DNA of 64,000 nt from an uncultured virus (IMG/VR IMGVR_UViG_2867919565_000004) (lineage: Duplodnaviria; Heunggongvirae; Uroviricota; Caudoviricetes): positions 1 to 64,000 of the IMG/VR virus record IMGVR_UViG_2867919565_000004; one strand, written 5' to 3'. Below the pieces are notes generated by a model. The model saw nothing but the letters and a program-made list of their open reading frames with translations, searched no databases and had not been told where the DNA came from. A program made the position numbers and the translations under genes. Below are positions 30,301 through 39,507 of this stretch, piece by piece. Within the stretch, counting starts at the first letter, position 1. Every line of letters begins with the position of its first letter.

Positions 30301-31270
30301 TAAACTGTGGTAGCTCCATTTTTGGAATAATTGGTTCGTGCTCAATCGTATAGTCTTCAATCATCTCTCCAATTAGCAATGTGTTTTCAATGGCTTCATT
30401 GATGATCTCTTTGTCCATGTAGTCCATTCTCTCATGAATTTCATCAACATTCTGAACAAAACATGCCTCATAAAAAGAGTCGACTTCTCTCTCTCCATCC
30501 TTGGCGTTTAAAAAGGCTTGATGAATTGCCCTGTCTTCCGGTCTAAGAAAGTGTGCATCAGTTGTGACAATCATTTTCAATCCATAGCCGTTAGCTATAT
30601 CAACAAGTTTCTTATTACAATAAATCTGCTCTTCACTTAAAGCTGGCTGAAGCTCAATAAAGAACTTATCTTTCCCAAAGACTTTTACACACCATGTTAT
30701 AAACTCATGAATTTTTAATTTGTGCTGCTTGATTGACTGAATGTCTCCGCTTTCTTCGCATTCTTTGATTCTGAGTAAATTGATATTCACCTCAGAGCCA
30801 AGACAAGCTGTTGTAGCGATAATGTGACCTGGATCTTTGCTAAGCAGACCTTCTACATCCTTTTTAACTGTTGGCACTCTTTCCATTGTTCCTGTGTAAA
30901 ATGAATTTTCCCAGGCTTGTGAAGACAGTGTTCTTAGTTGCTCATGTCCTATAGGGTCAATTGCCAACATTAAAAAGTGCGGAAACTTTGTCTGTCCTGA
31001 CTTATAGTTATCACGAACTTCTTCCAGTGAATCGACTAAATATGCTTCATTCCCAAGTATGAGTTTAAAATCTGCAGGCATATCCCCTTCTTTCTTCATT
31101 TCTCTGACAGTCTTAATTGCTTCCAAATGCGCTGAAAGAACCTCATGGTCAGTTATGGCCAATCCTTTATAATTCATCTGAACCGCTGTTTTAAGCAATT
31201 CTCCTACTGAATTTGTTGAATCGAGAAGCCTTATGTTACTTTTATCAGTGTGACAGTGGCATCCAATCAA
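27341..31270 (-). CDS. yorL: DNA polymerase III alpha subunit (DnaE-type)
   Basis: PHP domain (HCHT, AITDH), RGSAAG, PDIDID, KFDLL. Confidence 0.95.
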   Translation of the reverse strand: MIGCHCHTDKSNIRLLDSTNSVGELLKTAVQMNYKGLAITDHEVLSAHLEAIKTVREMKKEGDMPADFKLILGNEAYLVDSLEEVRDNYKSGQTKFPHFLMLAIDPIGHEQLRTLSSQAWENSFYTGTMERVPTVKKDVEGLLSKDPGHIIATTACLGSEVNINLLRIKECEESGDIQSIKQHKLKIHEFITWCVKVFGKDKFFIELQPALSEEQIYCNKKLVDIANGYGLKMIVTTDAHFLRPEDRAIHQAFLNAKDGEREVDSFYEACFVQNVDEIHERMDYMDKEIINEAIENTLLIGEMIEDYTIEHEPIIPKMELPQFKLRHLFKPAYNEYDYIKKMSESKDEQDRYLLKLIEDGFDDKLKTKELTKEAFHKILKRIDVELGELWEISQKLNQSMPSYYITVREIINIIWDDECGGDSLVGAARGSAAGYLVNYLLDNTQFNPMQYDLPHWRHIHKSRPDLPDIDIDTEGSKRQKILKALRKRFGDKRVLQIATFGTEGSKSALKTACRGLGIDNDISEYLSGMIPYERGSNWPLTHCFYGDKETNRKPMKEFIREVEQYPNLKETALKIEGLTNKRSSHAAGVIIFNNEYTKSNAMMKSPKGAFITQFNMGDSEAMGSVKFDLLTIEALDKIRVTLDQLIENKEIEWQGNLKETYKKYIHPDVIEYEDPRLWEMAGNGEVMDLFQFSTEVGHQSVIKVKPKSLLEAAVTNSLMRLMSDGEEQPVDTYVKYKNNMSLWYEEMRNYGLSNAGIKVVERYLKDIYGVADTQEVVMQMVMDKDIAGFDIKESNYLRKSIAKKKEDVLKEVQVLFFKKGKEVGASDNLLNYVWNVQFKRQFGYSFSLLHTLAYSIIALQELNLNYRYNPLYWNTACLTVNSGGVENDEETEDKDGNKKTQKTDYGKVASAIGSIRHRGIKVDLPDVNKAGFGFKADIQNNSIIFGMKGMNGIGDEIVHRIISNRPYESFEEFLDKLFYTGKIKKGQVIQLIKGGCFDTFDDRKEIMKKYITIIAEPKKKLTMANIGMMLENDLIPEQFTLEVRCFKFKEYISKKVFKTIESPKDKLYLLDDAASKFFNQNFDENCVVDFHNEHLIISENAFKKEYDKKVTALKKWLGTEEALNLLNRRLLNNEWVKYASGTYGKWEMDSLSYYYTDHELSGVNFAKYDIVDFYELPEEPVKGKSYQWRGRTLYEYETTRIVGTVLDRDKNKHTITLLTPTGVVTVKQWAGSFGHYNKQISRPVAGGKKEVVEKSWYTRGTLLMFTGFRRGNNFIPKVYKNSIYSHTVCRIDHVDRKGNISLTTKRAEA

Positions 31271-31282
31271 TTTTCATCCCCC

Positions 31283-33013
31283 TTAAAACACAAGCTCTTT
31301 TTTCTTTGTGCGAACCACCTCCAAGTCATAAATTTCAATTTGAGGTGTTTGTCTGCCCTTATATTCATTTACCCTTGCCTTACCAACAACATTAAGTATT
31401 AAAGTTCCATTTGATTGAGTAAGTTTCTCAAAGTATTCTGTATCGCTTTTAAAGCGTATGTATTCAATATCTCCATGCTTAAACTTGACTGTTGTCTTGT
31501 TCTTTTTCCCGATGTGTTCAATTGGATCAACATCAACTTCTAGTTCTGTTATTGCTACCAATGGTTCTTCGACCTTATAGCCCCAAAAGTCTTTGTAGCC
31601 ATCAAGCTTAAGGATAAATTCCTTTCTTAATTGTTTTGCTGGTATCTCAAAATCAACATTCTGAATATCTTCTTCAATATCTATGTCTTTAAATTTTTCA
31701 TTCAGCACTTTGTTCACCAGAATTAGGTTCTGTCGTTTTATTGCAAAACCAGCTGCATTTGGGTGACCTTCAACAAACTCAAACAATCCAGTATCCATAA
31801 GCACTTTCTTAAAATCCTTTATAAACCCTTTGTCATACCCTCGTATAGAGCCACTCAAGATATCTTTACCTTTTTCGGGATCGTTTCTGGCTAACAAGAC
31901 CGGCTTTTTATATTCTTCTGCAAGCTGATTGGCCACCAGTCCAGTTAGACTTTTATCTAGAATTCCTTCAATGTAAACAATGAGTACTTTATTCGCTGTT
32001 AAGCTTTTCTCCTCTATTCTATTTTTAATTTCCACTCCAGCTGCATCTGCAATCCGTTTCTGCTTTGCTTTTAGATTTCCTAGAATTCTAACTGTGTCAT
32101 CATGTATTGACACAAGCTCTGTTTCACTTTGCCCACGTTTTTTGTAGGGAACCTTTTCTTTAGAAAGAAGGAATGCTCTCATCATTTGATCTTTTTCTTC
32201 ACTGCTTCCAACTCTAATGGCAGCGTTAATTAAAGGGTTAATAAAGAACTGTGTATTCTGTATGTTCTTGTCACCCTTGGTTGAAAAATCTTGCTTCTTA
32301 AACAGCTTCTTTAATAATGGATGCTTAATATTCTTCAAGCCTTCATTCATAAAATACCTGGTTTCAAGGTTTCTTGAATCAGCCGAATCAGCAATGTTAC
32401 CAATAGATACAAGGTCTAAGAATTGTTCTGCTTCATTTTTATTTAGCTTTTCATCAACTGCCTGGCAAAATTTATAGGCCATTCCTGCACCTGTTAGGGT
32501 TTTATTCGAATAATTAGGCGAAAGTTGATTATTTACTACGATCGCATGTTCAGACACTCGGTCACATTCATGGTGATCAATAACAATTATTTCTGTGCCT
32601 CTCTTATTAAGAGCCTCATGTTCCTCAAATTGACTTGAACCTGCATCTGGGATTATGACTAAGTCAACATCATCAGGAATTGTATCAATAAAAATCCCAT
32701 GTTCCTTCCCATCTTGAATTCTGTAATGTATATTTGCTTTCGGACAAATCTTCTTTATATAATTGATAATGATTGAACTGGATGTGTACCCATCTACATC
32801 ACTATCCACTTGAACAAATATTTTATTTTTATTCTCTAAATGCTTTATTAAACAATCAGCTGCTTTATCAATGTTATTGAGTTTTGAAAAATGAATGACT
32901 GAGCTCTGATTCACATCAATAAAGCTCTGGGGATTTTCAATCCCTCTGTTTTTTAAGATTGTCAATAATGGGTTGAAATTATAATCATTGTTACCAATGA
33001 GCTTATAAGCCAC
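31283..33013 (-). CDS. yorK: RecJ-like ssDNA exonuclease
   Basis: DSDVDG, IDHH, GSIR, GHPNAAG. Confidence 0.92.
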   Translation of the reverse strand: MAYKLIGNNDYNFNPLLTILKNRGIENPQSFIDVNQSSVIHFSKLNNIDKAADCLIKHLENKNKIFVQVDSDVDGYTSSSIIINYIKKICPKANIHYRIQDGKEHGIFIDTIPDDVDLVIIPDAGSSQFEEHEALNKRGTEIIVIDHHECDRVSEHAIVVNNQLSPNYSNKTLTGAGMAYKFCQAVDEKLNKNEAEQFLDLVSIGNIADSADSRNLETRYFMNEGLKNIKHPLLKKLFKKQDFSTKGDKNIQNTQFFINPLINAAIRVGSSEEKDQMMRAFLLSKEKVPYKKRGQSETELVSIHDDTVRILGNLKAKQKRIADAAGVEIKNRIEEKSLTANKVLIVYIEGILDKSLTGLVANQLAEEYKKPVLLARNDPEKGKDILSGSIRGYDKGFIKDFKKVLMDTGLFEFVEGHPNAAGFAIKRQNLILVNKVLNEKFKDIDIEEDIQNVDFEIPAKQLRKEFILKLDGYKDFWGYKVEEPLVAITELEVDVDPIEHIGKKNKTTVKFKHGDIEYIRFKSDTEYFEKLTQSNGTLILNVVGKARVNEYKGRQTPQIEIYDLEVVRTKKKELVF

Positions 33014-34149
33014 TAAATTCCTCCTTCATTCGTATTGATTTCAATTTTTCTTCTCATCAACTCCTCTAAAACGTCTTTCCCCTTATCAGCTGGACTATCC
33101 TTATAATCCAACATGGTTTCGAAATCCCATAAAACATACACACGAACATACGGTGTGAATTTCGCAGCAAGCCTCAGGATTTTTTTCTGATACTCAAGCA
33201 GTTTACGTTGATACATTTCCTCCGTTTCATGGTCTTTCGGTGGCCGGTATTTATCGAGAGCAATAAACACTTCTTCCACACCAAGAGAAAGTAAGATATC
33301 TCGGTGAAAATTTGAAATGTTATTTGAACAGACTGCACATGTGAAATTTGCTTCTCCATAAAAGTCCTGGCATTTTAATACTGACTTTTCTGATTCAAAA
33401 ATTAAAGCTTTTTTAAACCTTTCAATAGAATCTTTTGTTCTATGTAATCCATATAAATTCATCATGGTCTGATGATTATATAAGGTGTTCCCAACTTTTA
33501 AAGGCATATATTTATAACCGGCATCAACTTCCTCTTTAATAAGAGATCGTCTACGGATACCAATCAATCTATTATTTAAGTCCCGATGTGGAATAGTTAT
33601 CCCTTCTGTGTGGGTTCTAAAATAGTAACCAATCTCAAAGTCATTTAATGTTTGCATGCTGATTCCCTCGTCCAACCACATTTGATGAGGATAAGGCATA
33701 AACACATCTAAAACAATTTCATTGAAGCTGGGAAGCTCAATGTCTATCTTTTTCTTCTTATTGAACTTCCCCATCCATTCCCAGTCATCAATCAAATCAT
33801 TATTCGTGAATGTCTCTCTATTACCAAAGCCAAATGTTCTCCCAGCTATCCTTGCAACATACTCAATGGCTTGATTGAAGGGTATATTGATCCCTTTTTG
33901 TCTTTTTGCTCGTATTACAAGCTCAAAGACATCGAATGTGTCTCCACATTCTGTATAGCAATGAAATTGCTTTGCTTCGTGGTAATAATACAGTTTGTAG
34001 CTTCCACCAGAAGCGTTATGGCAAACGGTTCTGTATATTGGGTTTCCTTGTTGATCCCATTGATTATTTTCGCTACCCAATTCTTTTAATATCTTATGTA
34101 TATTCTCAAGCGTAAGGCTTTCTTTTACTCTGTCCTTATCATATTTCAA
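33013..34149 (-). CDS. yorJ: DNA primase
   Basis: CH...CYTEC Zn domain, FESEKS TOPRIM, IALD. Confidence 0.85.
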   Translation of the reverse strand: MKYDKDRVKESLTLENIHKILKELGSENNQWDQQGNPIYRTVCHNASGGSYKLYYYHEAKQFHCYTECGDTFDVFELVIRAKRQKGINIPFNQAIEYVARIAGRTFGFGNRETFTNNDLIDDWEWMGKFNKKKKIDIELPSFNEIVLDVFMPYPHQMWLDEGISMQTLNDFEIGYYFRTHTEGITIPHRDLNNRLIGIRRRSLIKEEVDAGYKYMPLKVGNTLYNHQTMMNLYGLHRTKDSIERFKKALIFESEKSVLKCQDFYGEANFTCAVCSNNISNFHRDILLSLGVEEVFIALDKYRPPKDHETEEMYQRKLLEYQKKILRLAAKFTPYVRVYVLWDFETMLDYKDSPADKGKDVLEELMRRKIEINTNEGGI

Positions 34150-34164
34150 AGGGTGCTACACCCC

Positions 34165-35688
34165 TTATCCTGCTTTAATATTCAATTTTTCAACTGTGAT
34201 TAATTCGTTATCAATATTTGTTGTGAAACAATCTTCTGTTCTCATGATATCCATGTTTATGTATGTAAAAATTTTCAGCTTATCATGCTTATTCCCACGA
34301 TTCTTAAATACATGGACAACAAAGTTAGGCATCTTGTATCCAAAGCCATTCTTCATTATGTCTGCAGCAGCTTCCTTCTCTTTTTTGCTTAATGGAAGAA
34401 TAATCATCGCTACGTCAGTTTTATCTGCAATAGCCTTACTTCCTCTTAAATAGTTAGCATCAATTTGTAGACCTTTTAGCCAAGCGTCCTTCCATTCACC
34501 GTTCAACTGCGTGGCACTCATCATAAAAACATCATATTTATTACATAGGGCCTTTAACTTATCGGCCATGAGAAGTAAAATTTGGTCTTCTCTTAAGCTA
34601 ATTCCACTGTTTCTGCTCATTTCTGAAAAAATAGTTACAGAGGAATGGATATAATCAAAATAAACATATCCAACATTATATTTCCTAACATTTTTTTCAA
34701 TAGTCTCTTCTATTTCTTTGATATTGAAATCAGGTAAGTGTTCGAACCAAATAGGTGATTCCTCTAATATATCTGCTGCCTTTCTAATTCTTTCTTCTTC
34801 AGACTTTGTAGCGGAATTTTGAAGTATTTTCTCTTCTGGTACACCTGAGATATATGCTATTGCTATACTTTGTAGTTCCTCAGGTACCATTTCCGTTGAA
34901 ATTACAGCTACGTTCTTTCTAAAAAGGTTATCTTCCCATTGTTTATCTTTGATATTATAGATTTGAGTTGCGCCTAAGAAGCAGGCATCTGCAACCATGT
35001 TTCTTGTCTTACCTCCTCCAGTAGTACCCGATCTCAAATAGAACTTTTTCCTTCGAGATCCCCTAAAAATCGAAGTTTGAATTTCACTGTTCAAAGGTAC
35101 TCCAATATCTGGTGAGAGCTTTAACCTGTCTAAAAACTGGTGAACACCCTCTCCAGCCTGAATACCCTTGCTTTGACTGTTTGTTTTGAATTTATCTTTT
35201 ACTTCGATAATCTTCATTTCGTAATGCGAAAGAATTTCTTCTATTGACTTCTTATCAAAGCGTTCCTGCATAGCCTCTTGCTCTCTAGGATCAATTATTG
35301 TATGATCATATATTTCTCTAACGTCAAACCCTAGTCCATGCATTTCCCTGATTAAACTAAACTTTTTTAAACGGTTATAATAAAATTCAAAGTTTTCGAC
35401 TTCCGCCAAATTCTGTATTGTATGAATATAATTTATACCGTCATTGTCATTGAAAACTTTGTACTGGATTCCATAGTTTTTTAGATATCCATCAATCTCT
35501 ACTTCATTTATAACCTCTGTGCCCTGATTAAATAAGTTATACATTGCAGCAAAGAGAATTGAATGAAATCTTTCAGGAAAATCGGTCTTTGATAAGCTAT
35601 ATCCGTTACTTTCAGATAAGAGCGAAGGTTCTTTCAATATGCTCCCCAACACTTGGATAATTGCTTTTTTATCTTGTAGCAAGGACAA
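34165..35688 (-). CDS. yorI: DnaB-like replicative helicase
   Basis: GTTGGGKT, STEM, FDYI, ATQLN, KNR. Confidence 0.9.
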   Translation of the reverse strand: MSLLQDKKAIIQVLGSILKEPSLLSESNGYSLSKTDFPERFHSILFAAMYNLFNQGTEVINEVEIDGYLKNYGIQYKVFNDNDGINYIHTIQNLAEVENFEFYYNRLKKFSLIREMHGLGFDVREIYDHTIIDPREQEAMQERFDKKSIEEILSHYEMKIIEVKDKFKTNSQSKGIQAGEGVHQFLDRLKLSPDIGVPLNSEIQTSIFRGSRRKKFYLRSGTTGGGKTRNMVADACFLGATQIYNIKDKQWEDNLFRKNVAVISTEMVPEELQSIAIAYISGVPEEKILQNSATKSEEERIRKAADILEESPIWFEHLPDFNIKEIEETIEKNVRKYNVGYVYFDYIHSSVTIFSEMSRNSGISLREDQILLLMADKLKALCNKYDVFMMSATQLNGEWKDAWLKGLQIDANYLRGSKAIADKTDVAMIILPLSKKEKEAAADIMKNGFGYKMPNFVVHVFKNRGNKHDKLKIFTYINMDIMRTEDCFTTNIDNELITVEKLNIKAG

Positions 35689-35696
35689 TCTCCTCT

Positions 35697-36167
35697 CTAT
35701 AAGCTGCTAATATCAAATCTTTTTTTATTAGGTGTTCCATTCATTTTTATTGTTACTTCTCTAACAGGTCTCTGATGGAGAAGTGTATCCTCAGCTATTT
35801 TTTTTGCTTTTTGTCTAGCAATATAGTGCCTTTTAGCTTCCTCATAAATATAAGGTACTATATCTAAGTCTCCATCTTGTCTCACAGGATGCCCTAACGT
35901 TTCATGAAAATATTCTAAAGACAGGCGCATTCCTTCGACTTTTAAATTGTATTCTTTTTCATACTGTTTGATTTGTTTTAGCATTTTTCCTGTTGGAGCT
36001 TTGATTCCGTATAGTCTGCACAGATACCTAATAAGCTCCTTTCTTGGATTCACTTTTGATCTCCACTCTTTGTAACAGCTCTCATGATAGTACCCTTTGC
36101 CGTGTTTAACACTAATGTCTTTATCAAATCGTATATCACAGTATTGGCATTTGACTTGTCTCCCCAA
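35697..36167 (-). CDS. yorH: Zn-finger replication protein
   Basis: MGRQVKCxxC...HxxC; position. Confidence 0.75.
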   Translation of the reverse strand: MGRQVKCQYCDIRFDKDISVKHGKGYYHESCYKEWRSKVNPRKELIRYLCRLYGIKAPTGKMLKQIKQYEKEYNLKVEGMRLSLEYFHETLGHPVRQDGDLDIVPYIYEEAKRHYIARQKAKKIAEDTLLHQRPVREVTIKMNGTPNKKRFDISSL

Positions 36168-36208
36168 ATAATCACTCCTAATAAGGAGGAGGGAATAACC
36201 CCCCCAAT

Positions 36209-37180
36209 TTATTTAGATAGAAGATCTTTTAGGTCATCCAAAATTACAGACATAACGTTTACTTGTTTGCGGCTGCATTCAGTCACTTTTACTCCCTTGC
36301 CTAAATGCTTCTCTGTAATCTCATTAACCTCTTCCAACCGTCCTTCTTCATTTAGCTTAATTCCAACTTCTTTGATTTGCTCCATCAATGAGTTGTAATC
36401 AAGCTCTTCTGAAGCGTTGTTTTGTTTTTGCTCTTCATATGTAACAGCAACAATACCTTCTGCTTTTTCCTGTCTTTCAACTGCCTGTATAATAGCTTTT
36501 TCCAGGTTCTCTGCAGTGAATTCAGGGAGGTATGTGTCAATGTAATCGAAACGGCTGCGTGCAAAGTGCTCATCTGTTTCAGCCAACCAAGCGCTTGATT
36601 TGATAACCTTTCTGTCTTCATCAACACCATTAGAACTTAGATAAAGTACAATATCACTGTTATCAATAACAGGGGCCAATACACGTTTATCACCTTTAGG
36701 ATAAACTTTTCCTTTTTTGTCCTCTGCAGCATGAGCGATAAAGATAACGGTAAATCCTACACCAATCAGTTTATTAATTTCTTCCCATACTTCTGTTTCA
36801 TACTCTTTCCAAAGACCAAACCCATCATTTCCATCTTTAATCCGTTCTACATCATATTGCTCACAAACATACCTGGTTGCATATTTAGCAAATGCATCTA
36901 CTTCATCAACAATAATTGTCTGATACATTTCTTTTGCCTTTTCTGCATTTTTGGTTAACTGTTTATTAACCTTCTTAAAATCCGCCCAGCTATTAGTAGC
37001 CATAAATTGAACACCTGCGATGGCATTCAAACCTTTTTCAAATGGCAAGTATAAAGGTTTCTTCATTCTTGTGCTTTGTTTTGTCTTACCCAAGTTATTA
37101 GAACCATAGATAGTAATAACTTTTCCTTCTAAACCTTTTGCGACTACTGAAACTTGAGGATTGAAAATATCGATTGCCAT
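36209..37180 (-). CDS. yorG: AAA ATPase (Sak4-like)
   Basis: GSNNLGKT, IIVDE, FIAH. Confidence 0.8.
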   Translation of the reverse strand: MAIDIFNPQVSVVAKGLEGKVITIYGSNNLGKTKQSTRMKKPLYLPFEKGLNAIAGVQFMATNSWADFKKVNKQLTKNAEKAKEMYQTIIVDEVDAFAKYATRYVCEQYDVERIKDGNDGFGLWKEYETEVWEEINKLIGVGFTVIFIAHAAEDKKGKVYPKGDKRVLAPVIDNSDIVLYLSSNGVDEDRKVIKSSAWLAETDEHFARSRFDYIDTYLPEFTAENLEKAIIQAVERQEKAEGIVAVTYEEQKQNNASEELDYNSLMEQIKEVGIKLNEEGRLEEVNEITEKHLGKGVKVTECSRKQVNVMSVILDDLKDLLSK

Positions 37181-37268
37181 TTAAACTCTCCTTTAATTAT
37201 GATTTGATGGTTGAGTCAAAGCCCACCCCAGCTATGTATTCTCAGGTGAATTATTTTATTTTTATCCA

Positions 37269-38183
37269 TTAAAAAGGGAGGTCATCATCTGAAATTTCAA
37301 CCGGCTTTGAAGGCTTGTTATTAGGAGCGCTTCCGCCAAACCCAGACTTTTTATTATTCTCATTGCCACTTTCACTCTTAAGCTCATCTAGGTAAATCTC
37401 TCTTTCAGTCAACGCTTTTTTAATTGCATCTGCATTAAAAGCATTTTTGCTATCCTCGTCATATGGATCATTGCCACCTGTAATTAGGTACTCTCTTTTC
37501 GAATTAATTGTGATTTCTTTCTTGTCTTCGCCAAATGCTGCTGTTTTGGTCGTTACTTTTTGCTCTTTAAAGTTAATAATCTTTCCAAAAACATTAACCG
37601 TAGACCCTTTTTCATAATTATTTTCAACGTATTGAGACCCTTCTTTTGTGACTACAAATTCAAACGGAATTACTTTCCCACCATATAAAGGAATATAACC
37701 ATTTAAATTAACTCTGCCCGTTTCTTCACCTTTTACTTTTTCTTCGATTACATTCTTTACAAACAACTCAACATCAAATTCTGCTCTTGGATTGAATTCT
37801 TCATTGGCGTCCAGTCTATTTACAAAGTTAGTCGTTAACTGTGGATATGCCTTTAAAATCCCTTGTGAGTAATATTCGTTTAATCCAATCTTTCCTTGGG
37901 TAATTCTCACTTTATCAGCTTGATCTCTCCCGTGTTCTGCAATGGACTTATAATCACTGATAATAGTTTGATAACCTTTGGCAATAGCATTATCTGTGCC
38001 ATCAGCTTTCTTATATTTTGAAAAGCCCTTCACTGTATGTACTTCATTTGGCGCAACCTCAATGTCTAATTCAATATTTAACCCCTTGCCGCTTTTCCAC
38101 TCAGTGTGTCTTACCTCAGCAAGTGTCCCCTCAATAGTTACAACATTTGATGCTTCACGTAATACTGTTTTATTTTCTGCCAT
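37269..38183 (-). CDS. yorF: Putative ssDNA-binding protein
   Basis: Acidic DDDLPF tail; position. Confidence 0.75.
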   Translation of the reverse strand: MAENKTVLREASNVVTIEGTLAEVRHTEWKSGKGLNIELDIEVAPNEVHTVKGFSKYKKADGTDNAIAKGYQTIISDYKSIAEHGRDQADKVRITQGKIGLNEYYSQGILKAYPQLTTNFVNRLDANEEFNPRAEFDVELFVKNVIEEKVKGEETGRVNLNGYIPLYGGKVIPFEFVVTKEGSQYVENNYEKGSTVNVFGKIINFKEQKVTTKTAAFGEDKKEITINSKREYLITGGNDPYDEDSKNAFNADAIKKALTEREIYLDELKSESGNENNKKSGFGGSAPNNKPSKPVEISDDDLPF

Positions 38184-38211
38184 TTAAATAATCAACCTCT
38201 TTCTTTTTCGT

Positions 38212-38586
38212 TTATATTTTATTTTTACTCTTAAAATGCCTATAATGAGACTTACTACTAAACTTACAATCCTTGATACCCAGTAGCTTGTTTAATTCTA
38301 TGTATCTCTTTTTTGGAAAGTCCCAAGGTTCAGGATCACCTTTTACATTTTCTATCCTTATTACTGTTCCATGCCGAATTGTGATCTTTAAGTTTCCATA
38401 TGAGTATGTTTTAGAAAAAAGACCTCTTTTAATTCCCTGTGGTTTAAATTCCTTTACCAACATCACATTCCTGGTTAATTTTCTCCTTGCTTGGTCTTCA
38501 TCAATGTCGTAATTCCTTTTAACATCGTTTTTGTAGGTATGTAAAGCTTCAGCAGATACTTTCAGTATCTTTAATTCCTTTTTCAT
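38212..38586 (-). CDS. yorE: Hypothetical protein, first gene of replication operon
   Basis: Recalled similarity and position. Confidence 0.65.
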   Translation of the reverse strand: MKKELKILKVSAEALHTYKNDVKRNYDIDEDQARRKLTRNVMLVKEFKPQGIKRGLFSKTYSYGNLKITIRHGTVIRIENVKGDPEPWDFPKKRYIELNKLLGIKDCKFSSKSHYRHFKSKNKI

Positions 38587-38619
38587 CTCTTTCCTCCTTT
38601 CTCTCTTTGGGATAACTTA

Positions 38620-38648
38620 ATCTTACATCACCAAAACGAAATGGTCAA
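38620..38648 (-). promoter_or_regulatory. Sigma-A promoter of replication operon
   Basis: TTGACC-17-TAAGAT on minus strand; A-tract motif directly upstream. Confidence 0.65.
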
Positions 38649-38821
38649 TAACTATTTTATTTTTATTCTAAAAAGTTTTAATGATTATCTTTATCAATTG
38701 CGGTGCAGACTGCATCTGAAGAATGATTTTCTTGTTTCCACCCCCAACAGCGTAATTTTATAAAGTCATATCGAGAGTTAAGAAGCACCTTTGCTTAGGC
38801 GCTTCTGTATAACAAACTATC

Positions 38822-38989
38822 CTATACCCGAAATTCAGCTACGTATCTCTTATCTGATCCTTCATTACCGTAATCAGAAACTTTTGCAAAGTCCGTTGTG
38901 AAAGTTTCATCTGGGTACTCACGGATCATTTTTCTACATAGGTTAGACAGAGCTTCTTGCTTCGTTCTGCCATATTCATATACCAACAC
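38822..38989 (-). CDS. Hypothetical protein, 55 aa
   Basis: MLVYEYGRTKQEALSNLC...AEFRV; AAGGGG RBS. Confidence 0.55.
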   Translation of the reverse strand: MLVYEYGRTKQEALSNLCRKMIREYPDETFTTDFAKVSDYGNEGSDKRYVAEFRV

Positions 38990-39091
38990 ATTAAACACCC
39001 CTTAACATTATTATGAGAGAGCCTTTTCCTTCTCATCCTTAATGTACCCACTTAACGATATGACAAATCAAAACGAGTGAAAATTCTAAAA

Positions 39092-39469
39092 TTAAACAAC
39101 TTCACTCCATGACCACATGTTCATTGTTTGCAGCGTAAAACCGTCAGGAAGCTTTTTCATTTTTACATTTACATTATATCTTTTCCCAGTGGTCTTATGA
39201 ATTACAGCAAGTTCTTCACCATCATAGAACCGCACAATTGCTTCATTAAATTCAATTGGCTGATCAACCACGTAACCTTCTTTGAGCGCTTTGATATACA
39301 GATAAGGATCTGTTTTATAAAGCTCATATAGTCTATTGCCAAAGTCTTCGTGTTTATCTCTAAGCAGATTAAAATTAATTAGGGATATGTACAGTTTTTC
39401 CGATATGTTTAGCTTGTTCTTGAAATACCGGATTGCTTCATCTTGTTCTTTACTTAAAATATTGGACAT
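39092..39469 (-). CDS. YorC-like hypothetical protein
   Basis: GGGAG RBS before MSNILSKEQ. Confidence 0.65.
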   Translation of the reverse strand: MSNILSKEQDEAIRYFKNKLNISEKLYISLINFNLLRDKHEDFGNRLYELYKTDPYLYIKALKEGYVVDQPIEFNEAIVRFYDGEELAVIHKTTGKRYNVNVKMKKLPDGFTLQTMNMWSWSEVV

Positions 39470-39507
39470 ATATCCATCTCCCAATCTTGTTAAAACTACA
39501 ATTTTAT